Source of the DNA: an uncultured Coriobacteriaceae bacterium
Lineage (GTDB): Bacteria; Actinomycetota; Coriobacteriia; Coriobacteriales; QAMH01
Reading direction: 5' to 3'
Assembly: GCA_900544245.1 (NCBI GenBank)
Contig: UQUH01000003.1
Location: 145 to 64,144, forward strand
DNA: 64,000 nucleotides
How positions within the stretch are numbered: position 1 is the first letter of the stretch; every line of letters starts with the position of its first letter. Of the stretch, positions 29,516 to 37,849 are shown piece by piece. A model generated the notes under the pieces. The model worked only from the letters and a program-made list of their open reading frames with translations. It did no database searches and was not told where the DNA came from. The translations under genes were made by a program, and so were the position numbers.

Positions 29516-30328
29516 ATGAAACGCTTTCGCTTGGATGGCGTCAAGATCAAGTCGCCAGCAAAAATCGAAGCGATGAAACGGGCCGGCCGCTTGAGCGCAC
29601 AGGCGCTTGAGGCGGTCGGCCTGCTTGTTGCGCCGGGCGTCTCGACGGCCGAGCTCGATGCTTGCGCGGAGCGAGTTATCGTGGACGGCGGCGGGTGTCC
29701 CGCGTTCAATGGATACGGGGGCTTTCCGGCGACCATATGCGCCTCGGTCAACGACATGGTCGTTCATGGCATCCCCTCCCGTGAGGTCATCTTGCGCGAG
29801 GGCGACGTCATCTCGATCGATACGGGCGCCATCGTCGACGGGTGGGTGGGCGACAATGCCGCAACCTTTGCCGTCGGCGCGATCGACGATGAGAGACGTG
29901 CCTTGCTCGAGGCGTGCGAGGCATCGTTGGAGGCCGGCATCGTACAGGCGGTTCCCGGAAATCATCTGGGGGACATCGGGCATGCCATCCAACAAGTCGC
30001 TGGTCTGGCGGGTTTTGGCGTCGTGCGTAACTATGCAGGTCACGGTATCGGACGCAGCATGCACGAGCCTCCGCTTGTTCCCAACTATGGGCAAGTTCGC
30101 ACGGGCATGCGTCTCGAACGGGGTATGGTCATTGCCATCGAGCCCATGCTCACGGCAGGCACCCATGAGGTTCGCACCATCGATGACGGATGGGGCGTCG
30201 TGACTTGCGATGGACGTCCCGCTGCGCACTTCGAGCGCACGGTCGCCATCACCGATGACGGACCGCTCGTCCTGACGCCGTGGAATCTCATGAAAAATTC
30301 ACTGGAAACCAAAGACCTGTTGCAGTAG
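29516..30328 (+). CDS. map: Methionine aminopeptidase, type I
   Basis: 270 aa, MetAP fold motifs (VVHGIP, DIVSID-like [26 protein letters not shown]). Confidence 0.93.
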   Translation: MKRFRLDGVKIKSPAKIEAMKRAGRLSAQALEAVGLLVAPGVSTAELDACAERVIVDGGGCPAFNGYGGFPATICASVNDMVVHGIPSREVILREGDVISIDTGAIVDGWVGDNAATFAVGAIDDERRALLEACEASLEAGIVQAVPGNHLGDIGHAIQQVAGLAGFGVVRNYAGHGIGRSMHEPPLVPNYGQVRTGMRLERGMVIAIEPMLTAGTHEVRTIDDGWGVVTCDGRPAAHFERTVAITDDGPLVLTPWNLMKNSLETKDLLQ

Positions 30329-30375
30329 TATGTTTGATTACGTTTGTGATGATTCAAAATGGGAGAGATACGTCC

Positions 30376-30594
30376 GTGAGCAAAGAGGATGCAATTGAAC
30401 TTGAGGGAAAGGTCGTCGAGCCCCTTCCCAATGCGATGTTCAAGGTCGAACTCGAGAATGGCCACCAGGTCCTGGCCCATATCTCGGGCAAGATGCGCAT
30501 GCACTACATCAAGATCCTTCCCGGTGACAAGGTGACGGTGGAGCTTTCGCCGTACGACCTCGACCGTGGCAGGATCACCTATCGTTACAAGTAA
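30376..30594 (+). CDS. infA: Translation initiation factor IF-1
   Basis: 72 aa. GTG at 30376 with [39 protein letters not shown]... Confidence 0.95.
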   Translation: MSKEDAIELEGKVVEPLPNAMFKVELENGHQVLAHISGKMRMHYIKILPGDKVTVELSPYDLDRGRITYRYK

Positions 30595-30722
30595 GACCTG
30601 CGGCATACCGCATGCGATGGGATGCCTGGGCATTCCTGTCGCCGTAAACAAGAAAACTACCGCCTGCGGCTGGGCGTGACTATAAAACGAAGTGTCAACA
30701 CTTTCGGAAAGGTAAGGACATT

Positions 30723-30836
30723 ATGAAGGTGCGTCCTTCGGTAAAAAAGATGTGCGATAAGTGCAAGATCATCAGGCGTCATGGCAAGGTGTACGTGATT
30801 TGCGAAAACCCGCGCCATAAGCAGCGCCAAGGCTAA
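30723..30836 (+). CDS. rpmJ: 50S ribosomal protein L36 (zinc-binding form)
   Basis: 37-aa ORF below the cut-off of the supplied track: [48 protein letters not shown]. Confidence 0.93.
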   Translation: MKVRPSVKKMCDKCKIIRRHGKVYVICENPRHKQRQG

Positions 30837-30850
30837 GAAGGGGAGCGACA

Positions 30851-31222
30851 TTGGCTCGTATACTCGGTGTCGACCTTCCGCGCGACAAGCGCGTGGAGAT
30901 TGGTCTGACTTACATCTACGGTATCGGTCTAACCCGCGCAAAGAAGATCTGCGAGGAGACCGGCGTTAATCCCGACACGCGCGTGCGCGATCTCACCGAG
31001 GAAGAGGTCGTCAAGCTGCGTGACAACATCGATGCAAACTACACGGTCGAGGGTGACCTGCGTCGCGAAACTTCGCAGAACATCAAGCGACTGATGGAGA
31101 TTGGCTGCTATCGTGGCCTGCGCCATCGTCGTGGTCTGCCCGTTCGCGGTCAGCGCACTCACACCAACGCTCGTACCCGCAAGGGCCCGCGTCGCCAGAT
31201 CGGCGCCAAGAAGAGGGGCTAG
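30851..31222 (+). CDS. rpsM: 30S ribosomal protein S13
   Basis: 123 aa, TTG start, [25 protein letters not shown]. Confidence 0.95.
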   Translation: MARILGVDLPRDKRVEIGLTYIYGIGLTRAKKICEETGVNPDTRVRDLTEEEVVKLRDNIDANYTVEGDLRRETSQNIKRLMEIGCYRGLRHRRGLPVRGQRTHTNARTRKGPRRQIGAKKRG

Positions 31223-31235
31223 GTGAGAGGACAGC

Positions 31236-31634
31236 ATGGCTAAGAAGCAACAGAGCACGACCCGCGTCCGTCGCGCAGACCGCAAGAACATCACGGTTGG
31301 TCAGGCTCACATCAAGAGCACGTTCAACAACACGATCGTTTCCATCACCGACACCCGCGGAAACGTCATTTCCTGGCAGTCCGCAGGTACGGTTGGGTTC
31401 AAGGGCTCCCGCAAGTCCACGCCGTTCGCGGCGCAGATGGCCGCCGAGAAGGCCGCCAAGATGGCGATGGAGCACGGCCTCAAGAAGGTCTCCGTCTTCG
31501 TCAAGGGTCCCGGAAGCGGCCGCGAGACCGCCATCCGCTCGCTCCAGGCCGCCGGTCTGGAGGTCGCGAGCATCCAGGACTGCACGCCCATCCCGCACAA
31601 CGGTTGCCGTCAGGTCAAGCGTCGTCGCGTCTAG
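31236..31634 (+). CDS. rpsK: 30S ribosomal protein S11
   Basis: 132 aa, [18 protein letters not shown]...[14 protein letters not shown]. Confidence 0.95.
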   Translation: MAKKQQSTTRVRRADRKNITVGQAHIKSTFNNTIVSITDTRGNVISWQSAGTVGFKGSRKSTPFAAQMAAEKAAKMAMEHGLKKVSVFVKGPGSGRETAIRSLQAAGLEVASIQDCTPIPHNGCRQVKRRRV

Positions 31635-31653
31635 CTTAGAAAGGTAACAAGTC

Positions 31654-32247
31654 ATGGCAATTAACAGGACCCCGGTTCTGAAGCGCTGCCGCCAGCTGGG
31701 CATCGACCCCATCGTGCTGGGCTATACCAAGGAATCCAAGAAGCAGCCCAAGCAGCGCCGTCGCCAGGAGAGCGAGTACGGCCGTCAGCTTCGCGAGAAG
31801 CAGAAGGCCAAGTTCATCTATGGCGTACTCGAAAAGCAATTCCGCGGCTACTTCCACAAGGCACGCCGCATGCAGGGAGTCACGGGCGAGAACCTCATGA
31901 GGATTCTCGAGTCCCGTCTCGACAACGTCGTGTTCCGTCTGGGTTTCGCGCGCACGCGCAAGGAGGCCCGCCAGACGGTCACGCATGGTCACATCACGGT
32001 CAACGGCAAGCGTGTCGACATCCCGTCGTATCGCGTGAGCGCAGGTGACCTCGTGGCAATCGCCCCCGCGGCAAAGGACCTTCTCGTGATCAAGAGCGCC
32101 CTCATCTCCAACGAGCGCGTCCAGGTTCCCGCCTGGCTCGAGGTCGACATCGAGAAGCTCCAGGGCAATGTCATTTCGCTGCCGACACGAGATCAGATCG
32201 ATCTGGATATCCAGGAGCAGCTCATCGTCGAGCTTTATTCGAAGTAA
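31654..32247 (+). CDS. rpsD: 30S ribosomal protein S4
   Basis: 197 aa with S4 domain (RLDNVVFRLGFARTRKEARQTVTHGHITVNGKRV). Confidence 0.95.
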   Translation: MAINRTPVLKRCRQLGIDPIVLGYTKESKKQPKQRRRQESEYGRQLREKQKAKFIYGVLEKQFRGYFHKARRMQGVTGENLMRILESRLDNVVFRLGFARTRKEARQTVTHGHITVNGKRVDIPSYRVSAGDLVAIAPAAKDLLVIKSALISNERVQVPAWLEVDIEKLQGNVISLPTRDQIDLDIQEQLIVELYSK

Positions 32248-32293
32248 TTTTCACCCTGTCCTTATCCGGTTCGAGTCTCGAGGAGGCTACTTA

Positions 32294-33235
32294 ATGACTG
32301 AGTTCATGAAGCCCAACATCACCGTCGAGCAAGTTGGCGACAATATCGCGCGATTCGTCATGGAACCGCTCGAGCGCGGCTATGGCCAGACGCTCGGTAA
32401 CGGCATGCGTCGTGTCCTGCTGTCCTCCCTGGACGGCGCTGCGGCAACCGCCATCAAGATCGAGGGCGTGCAGCACGAGTTCACGTCCGCTCCTGGTGTC
32501 GTGGAGGATGTCACCGACATTGTTCTGAATATCAAGGGTCTCGTCTTCGCCCCCTTTGCCGGTGGCGAGGAGGCTACCGCAACGCTCTCCGCGCAGGGCC
32601 CCTGCGTGGTCACCGGCGCGGACCTGGAAGTCCCCACGGAATTCCAGCTCATCAATCCCGAGCATGTCATCGCGACGCTCTCCGAGGGCGCCCAGCTCGA
32701 GATGTCCGTCCGCATCGGCGTTGGCCGTGGCTACGTGCCTGCCGAGCGCAACAAGCGTCCGGAGGACCCCATTGGCATCATTCATGTCGATTCGCTGTTC
32801 TCGCCGATCCGCCGTTGCACCATGGACGTCACGGACACCCGCGTCGCCCAGCGCACCGACTACGACAAGCTCATTCTCGAGGTCGAGACCAACGGCGCGA
32901 TCAGCCCCGTCGAGGCTGTCTGCCAGTCCGCCAACATCATCAACCAGCACATGATGGCCTTCCTGTCGCTCGACGAGAGCGGCGAGGAAGTCGAGGTGGC
33001 GAGCATCTTCGCCCCCGAGGGCCCGAGCAAGAACACCGAGCTCGAGAAGCAGATCGAGGATCTCGACCTGTCGGTCCGCTCGTACAACTGCCTGAAGCGC
33101 GCCGGCATCCATTCGGTGCGCCAGCTGGTCGAGTATTCCGAGAACGATCTGCTCAACATCCGCAACTTCGGCGCCAAGTCCATCGAAGAGGTCAAGGACA
33201 AGCTTCAGTCGATGGACCTCAGCTTGAAGCTTTAG
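32294..33235 (+). CDS. rpoA: DNA-directed RNA polymerase subunit alpha
   Basis: ORF from 32168. ATG at 32294 has an AGGAGG RBS. NTD and CTD are present (LSVRSYNCLKRAGIHSVRQL...FGAKSIEEV). Confidence 0.96.
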   Translation: MTEFMKPNITVEQVGDNIARFVMEPLERGYGQTLGNGMRRVLLSSLDGAAATAIKIEGVQHEFTSAPGVVEDVTDIVLNIKGLVFAPFAGGEEATATLSAQGPCVVTGADLEVPTEFQLINPEHVIATLSEGAQLEMSVRIGVGRGYVPAERNKRPEDPIGIIHVDSLFSPIRRCTMDVTDTRVAQRTDYDKLILEVETNGAISPVEAVCQSANIINQHMMAFLSLDESGEEVEVASIFAPEGPSKNTELEKQIEDLDLSVRSYNCLKRAGIHSVRQLVEYSENDLLNIRNFGAKSIEEVKDKLQSMDLSLKL

Positions 33236-33250
33236 TACGTAGGAGATTCA

Positions 33251-34054
33251 ATGAGGCATTACAAGAAGGGCCGCAAGCTGGGTACCGATGCCAGCCACAC
33301 CAAGGCCATGAAAAAGAACCTGGCGGTCGCCCTGTTTACCAACGACCGCATCAAGACCACGGTCACGCGCGCCAAGGAAGTTCGCGGTGACATTGACCGC
33401 ATCATCACCTGGGCCAAGAAGGGTGACCTTCACTCCCGTCGCCTGGCCATCGCCGCCCTGGGCGACAAGGAGCTCGTCCGCGAGGTCTTCGAGAAGGCCG
33501 AGCAGGGCATGTGGGCAGATCGCAACGGCGGTTATACCCGCATCATGAAGCTTGGTCCGCGCAAGGGCGACAACGCCCCCATGGCGATTCTCGAGCTTGT
33601 CGAGGAGGCCGTCGTTCCCAAGGCCCAGGCCGATGACAAGCCCGCAAAGAAGTCCGCTGCCAAGAAGGGCGCGAAGTCCGAGGACAAGACCGCCGATGAG
33701 ATCGAGGATCTGATCGAGGAGGGCACCGAGGACAAGAACGACAACGACAAGGACGATGTCGAGGAGTTCGCCGAAGGCGAGGAAGACCGCATCGACTCCA
33801 TTGCCGAGAGCGATGTCCGCGAGGATGCCGTCGAGGCCGAGAAGGCCGAGGACGAAGCCTCCGTCGAGGATGCCGTTCTCGAGGCCAAGGAGGCCGAGGT
33901 GGCAAAGGCCGAGGCCGAGAACATCGAGAAGATCAAGGAGGAGGTCGCCGAGGAGGAGCGCGAGCTTATCGACGACGTCAATCCCATGTCCAAGGAGGAG
34001 CATGCCCTCGAGGACGCCGATGAGAAGGCCGAGAAGCACGAGGATGACGAGTAG
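33251..34054 (+). CDS. rplQ: 50S ribosomal protein L17 with ~150-aa acidic/lysine-rich C-terminal extension
   Basis: 267 aa. L17 core MRHYKKGRKLGTDASHTKAM...GGYTRIMKLGPRKGDNAPMAILELVE, then a D/E/K/A-rich tail. Confidence 0.9.
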   Translation: MRHYKKGRKLGTDASHTKAMKKNLAVALFTNDRIKTTVTRAKEVRGDIDRIITWAKKGDLHSRRLAIAALGDKELVREVFEKAEQGMWADRNGGYTRIMKLGPRKGDNAPMAILELVEEAVVPKAQADDKPAKKSAAKKGAKSEDKTADEIEDLIEEGTEDKNDNDKDDVEEFAEGEEDRIDSIAESDVREDAVEAEKAEDEASVEDAVLEAKEAEVAKAEAENIEKIKEEVAEEERELIDDVNPMSKEEHALEDADEKAEKHEDDE

Positions 34055-34075
34055 CGAACTCGCTTCTCGTCGGGT

Positions 34076-34921
34076 GTGAAGATGACGCAGGCGCTCGCCT
34101 TTGGCACCTACATCCCCGGCACGAGCCCCATCCACGCTTTGAATGCGCAGGTCAAGGTTATCTTGGCCTGCGTTTTTTCCATTGCCGTGTTCTTCGTTGA
34201 GAGCTGGCCCGGGCTGCTCGTCATCACGGCGTTCGTCGCCATGCTCTACATGCTCGCGCGCGTTCCCGTGACCAAGGCGGCACGCGGCCTCGTTCCCGTC
34301 GCATTCATCCTCGTGTTCACCGTCGTCGTTCATGCCTTCAGCATCAGCATGGGCTCCTCGGCGGCACCGGGACTGAGCTCCGCGGGTTCCCTGGGGCTCA
34401 CGCAAGAATGGGTCCTCTTCGGGAGCTTTGGCATCACGCTCGACGGATTGATGCGAGGCATTTTCTTCGCCCTGCGCATCGTGCTACTCGTGCTCATCTG
34501 CTCGCTCTTGACCTTCACGTCATCGATGATGGAGCTGACCGACGCCATGCTGCGCATGTTCGGTCCCCTCAGGCGCCTGGGGGTGCCCGTCGATGACATC
34601 GCCATGATGATCTCGATTGCCTTGCGCTTCATCCCCACGACGGCGCATGAGGCGCAGATGATCCAACTCGCGCAGAAGGCGCGGTGCGCGAACTTCGATG
34701 ACGGCAACGTCTTCGTGCGGCTCAAGTCATGGGTTCCCGTGTTCGTCCCGTTATTCGTGCGCCTATTTCGTCGTGCCGACGATCTGGCCGATGCCATGGA
34801 CGCGCGTTGCTATGCGGGTGGCAAGCGCACGCGCATGACCACGACGAGGGTTTCCGTGGGCGATATCGTGACGCTCGTCGTCGGCATCTTGGCGATTGTC
34901 GCGCTCTGCGTGTTCTTGTGA
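34076..34921 (+). CDS. ecfT: Energy-coupling factor (ECF) transporter transmembrane T component
   Basis: 281 aa, CbiQ/EcfT-like multi-TM protein (SIALRFIPT...AQKAR...RRADDLADAMDARCY). The start could be GTG 34076 or ATG 34082. Confidence 0.85.
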   Translation: MKMTQALAFGTYIPGTSPIHALNAQVKVILACVFSIAVFFVESWPGLLVITAFVAMLYMLARVPVTKAARGLVPVAFILVFTVVVHAFSISMGSSAAPGLSSAGSLGLTQEWVLFGSFGITLDGLMRGIFFALRIVLLVLICSLLTFTSSMMELTDAMLRMFGPLRRLGVPVDDIAMMISIALRFIPTTAHEAQMIQLAQKARCANFDDGNVFVRLKSWVPVFVPLFVRLFRRADDLADAMDARCYAGGKRTRMTTTRVSVGDIVTLVVGILAIVALCVFL

Positions 34922-34926
34922 GGGGG

Positions 34927-35029
34927 GGGCGGAGGTGTCGCCGCTGCGCTCATAGTCCTGTGCTCGCTTGAAAGCGCCACTGGCGCTTTCTGCTCGTGCG
35001 GAAATCGCGCAGCGGCGACACCTCCGCCC
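34927..35029. repeat. 103-nt element with perfect 23-bp terminal inverted repeats and a nested apical hairpin
   Basis: GGGCGGAGGTGTCGCCGCTGCGC (34927-34949) is the exact reverse complement of 35007-35029. The inner hairpin is GAAAGCGC..GCGCTTTC (34970-34990). A G8 run lies at 34922-34929. Confidence 0.8.
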
Positions 35030-35101
35030 TGTTTAATAGTGGGGCAAATGGCCTGTCCCCTTGTCCCACTCCCGCATCTGCCCATCCAGAAGGAGCCATT
35101 G

Positions 35102-35875
35102 ATGAAGCAACAATCACTCGTTCTCACGCTTGCCTATAATGGCTCCGCGTATGCGGGGTTTGCCAAGCAGAAGGATCCGTGTCTCTGCACCATTCAAGGT
35201 GAGCTCGAACGCGCTCTGGCAACCTACTTTCGGCATCCCGTCGAGACCGTGTGCGCGGGGCGTACCGATGCCGGTGTGCATGCGCTTGGGCAAGTCGTGT
35301 CATGTGTGCTTGATGAGACCGACTTCGATGGTGTCACGCCCGGGCGCCTCACCATCTCGCTCAATGCGCTCACGCCCGATGACATCGTGATCAAGGCGGT
35401 GGACTTTGCACGTTCCGAGTTTTCCGCTCGCTTTGATGCAACGACTCGCGAGTATCGGTATCGCATCGTCACCGGACCTGTTCCGCCACTGTTTTTGTCG
35501 GACTTCGCTTGGTGGAGAAGGGGCGAGCTGGATATCGAAGCCATGTGCCAGGGCGCGGCCCATCTCATTGGCGAACATGACTTCAAGTCGTTCTGCAAGG
35601 CGGCAAGCGCCGAGGGAAAGACGACCATGCGGCGCGTCGACGAGATTTCCATCACGCATGAGGAGCAGATGGGGGAGAGCTGCCTGCTCGTCAAGGTCGT
35701 CGGCAACGCCTTTCTGCACTCGATGGTGCGCACCATCGTCGGCACGCTCGTGCAGGTGGGAGCTGGGAATCGCGAACCTGGCTGGGTCGCCGACGTGCTC
35801 GCGGCACGCGATCGCGGCGCGGCGGGCGAGACGGCTCCGGCTTGCGGCCTCACCTTCTGGCATGTGAATTACTGA
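35102..35875 (+). CDS. truA: tRNA pseudouridine(38-40) synthase TruA
   Basis: ORF from 35039. ATG at 35102 has an AGAAGGAG RBS. Catalytic GRTDAGVHALGQV motif. Confidence 0.93.
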   Translation: MKQQSLVLTLAYNGSAYAGFAKQKDPCLCTIQGELERALATYFRHPVETVCAGRTDAGVHALGQVVSCVLDETDFDGVTPGRLTISLNALTPDDIVIKAVDFARSEFSARFDATTREYRYRIVTGPVPPLFLSDFAWWRRGELDIEAMCQGAAHLIGEHDFKSFCKAASAEGKTTMRRVDEISITHEEQMGESCLLVKVVGNAFLHSMVRTIVGTLVQVGAGNREPGWVADVLAARDRGAAGETAPACGLTFWHVNY

Positions 35876-35929
35876 GCAACGGGGGGATGAGACAGATGTG
35901 CCTGTCCAATGTGTCTCATCCCCCGTTGC
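35876..35929 (+). terminator. Long hairpin after truA (possible terminator; no U-tract)
   Basis: GCAACGGGGGGATGAGACA ...17 nt... TGTCTCATCCCCCGTTGC, ~18 bp with one bulged G. Confidence 0.45.
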
Positions 35930-35976
35930 CAGAGGCGTTGGGTTTCGTTATATTCCCTCATGACGAAAGGAGCATC

Positions 35977-36198
35977 ATGGCAACTATTGACACCATCAGG
36001 AAAATCCTCGGCGACAACCTCTCCATCGAGCCGGAGCAGATCGAAGAGGACACCACGCTCGATTCCATCGACATCGACTCGCTCGACCTCGTAGAGCTCA
36101 TCTGCGATATCGAGGATGCCGAGGGCATCGACTTCGGCGAGCCCGAAGGCCTCGAGACCATCGGAGACATCGTCGAGCATATCGACTCGCTCAAGTAG
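35977..36198 (+). CDS. Acyl carrier protein-like (stand-alone)
   Basis: 73 aa. ATG at 35977 with a GAAAGGAG RBS. Acidic four-helix-type sequence with the phosphopantetheine-site motif DIDSLDLVEL. Confidence 0.75.
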   Translation: MATIDTIRKILGDNLSIEPEQIEEDTTLDSIDIDSLDLVELICDIEDAEGIDFGEPEGLETIGDIVEHIDSLK

Positions 36199-36201
36199 TT
36201 C

Positions 36202-36672
36202 ATGAACAGAATCAGCGCGTGGCTCTACAACTTCATGCGGGGTAGATACGGCTTCGACCAGCTTGGGCAGGCCCTGAGCGTCGGAGTGGTCGTGATGTGG
36301 ATCTTCTCGATTCTCTGCGGCGTGCTCGCCAACATGCTGCGCATGGTGTGGCTCGCTTGGTTGTCGACCATCCTCAACTGGGTCGGCCTCATCCTGATTG
36401 TTCTCATGGTCTTTCGCGTGCTCTCGCGTAACCATGATGCGCGTCGTGCCGAGAACGAGGCCTTCCTGCGGCGTCGCGGCAAACGTGCTGAGCGCAAGCG
36501 TACATCGTCGAGAGACATCTCGTCGAAAAAGAGGGCCGAGACCAAGGGCGCAACCGGTTACAAATACCTGAGCTGTTCGTTTTGCGGTCAGCAGATGCGC
36601 GTGCCGGCGGGCAAGGGAAAGATAGCCGTGAAATGCCCCTCGTGTGGTGAAAAGACTATCGTGCAAAGTTAG
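36202..36672 (+). CDS. Hypothetical membrane protein with C-terminal zinc ribbon
   Basis: 156 aa. Two predicted TM segments, a basic linker, then CSFCGQQ...x13...CPSCGEK. Confidence 0.6.
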   Translation: MNRISAWLYNFMRGRYGFDQLGQALSVGVVVMWIFSILCGVLANMLRMVWLAWLSTILNWVGLILIVLMVFRVLSRNHDARRAENEAFLRRRGKRAERKRTSSRDISSKKRAETKGATGYKYLSCSFCGQQMRVPAGKGKIAVKCPSCGEKTIVQS

Positions 36673-36681
36673 GCAAGACGC

Positions 36682-37230
36682 ATGGAGAATTACGACAATT
36701 ACCGGGAGACTCCGCGAACGGGCAGGACGCCGGGCTATTCCGATCACGAGCATGACCCCCAGCCGGTCGATCCGTCGGTGCTCACAGACGATCGCGATAA
36801 TCCCGATCTGCTCGCCTTCGAGAAGACCTGGGGGCATCGCGTGCTTGCGGGTCTGGGCGTCGCGATGATCGTGATCGCCCTCGTCCTCATCGCGTTTTGC
36901 ATTGTGCAGCTCATCCGGGTCGCCGACGTGGCGGCGCTCGTGCCCGATATCGGGACCTTGGGGTTGTATCTATACGGCACGGCCCTCGTGTGCGGCATCG
37001 CCCTCGTTCCGCCGGCCATCATCGCGATTTACGTCGCCAAGCACCCCGCCAGGGTCACGCTTGCCATTGTCATGGCCATCATCGCGCTCGCCCTCGTGGT
37101 CGCCTTCTTCGGGTACGCCATGGTGGTGACGCCGCAGTACGTGGTCACGGCACTGCTCTATGCGCTAGCGCTCGCCATTCTGCCCGCCGTCTATCTCATT
37201 GCCGCTCTCAGGATCGAGCGCTCGCTCTAG
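36682..37230 (+). CDS. Hypothetical integral membrane protein
   Basis: 182 aa. Hydrophilic Pro/Asp-rich N-terminus followed by four hydrophobic segments. No recognisable family. Confidence 0.55.
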   Translation: MENYDNYRETPRTGRTPGYSDHEHDPQPVDPSVLTDDRDNPDLLAFEKTWGHRVLAGLGVAMIVIALVLIAFCIVQLIRVADVAALVPDIGTLGLYLYGTALVCGIALVPPAIIAIYVAKHPARVTLAIVMAIIALALVVAFFGYAMVVTPQYVVTALLYALALAILPAVYLIAALRIERSL

Positions 37231-37770
37231 GCGCGCGACCGGCAGACCCACCACGTTGTCGTAATCGCCATCGACGGAGTCGACAAACGCGCCGCCTCGT
37301 CCCTGTATTCCATAGGCGCCGGCCTTGTCGAGCGGTTCCCCTGTCGCGACATATGCTGCGATGTCCTCTGCGGAAATCTCCTTGAACCGCACGTCGGTCG
37401 TCTCGGCAAAGGCCTCGGTTTGCCCGTTGCGCACGAGGCACACCCCCGTGATGACCTGATGCGTGCGGCCGGACAGCTCGGCGAGCATCCGGCGTGCGTC
37501 TGCCTCGTCAGCCGGCTTCCCGAAGATGCGCCCGTCGAGCACGACGATGGTGTCGGCTCCAATGACGGTGGCGTTCGCGGGCGCAGTGGCGGCGATGGCC
37601 AGGGCCTTGGCCCGGGCATTGCGCATGGCAACCTCGGTAGGCGGCATGTCCGCCGTCTCGATTTCGTCGGCATCGCTCACGATGATGCGAAACGGACGGC
37701 CCGTTCGTGCGAGCAGCTCCTTGCGTCGAGGCGACCCCGATGCCAGTATGAGTTCGTCTTTCTCGTCCAT
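37165..37770 (-). CDS. maf: Maf-like nucleoside triphosphate pyrophosphatase
   Basis: ORF extends to 37938. ATG at 37770 gives MDEKDELILASGSPRRKELL (canonical Maf N-terminus) and a ~201-aa protein. Confidence 0.85.
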   Translation of the reverse strand: MDEKDELILASGSPRRKELLARTGRPFRIIVSDADEIETADMPPTEVAMRNARAKALAIAATAPANATVIGADTIVVLDGRIFGKPADEADARRMLAELSGRTHQVITGVCLVRNGQTEAFAETTDVRFKEISAEDIAAYVATGEPLDKAGAYGIQGRGGAFVDSVDGDYDNVVGLPVARLERALDPESGNEIDGGQNGER

Positions 37771-37849
37771 GCGCTCAGTGTAGCGTGATTCGCGCGCATG
37801 GCGGGTGCGCAAAAATATGTCTCGGGCCTGCGGTAGAATCATCGGCAAG

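Noticed and set aside
26825-30229. 1134-aa ORF on the - strand spanning rpmD to map.
   Set aside because: It is antisense to six well-supported genes and crosses their intergenic regions. The translation is featureless. Same high-GC artefact.
33248-34405. 385-aa - strand ORF and several other frames across the L17 tail region.
   Set aside because: The repetitive GAG/GCC-rich coding of the acidic tail keeps several frames open. Only the + frame continues the L17 core without interruption.
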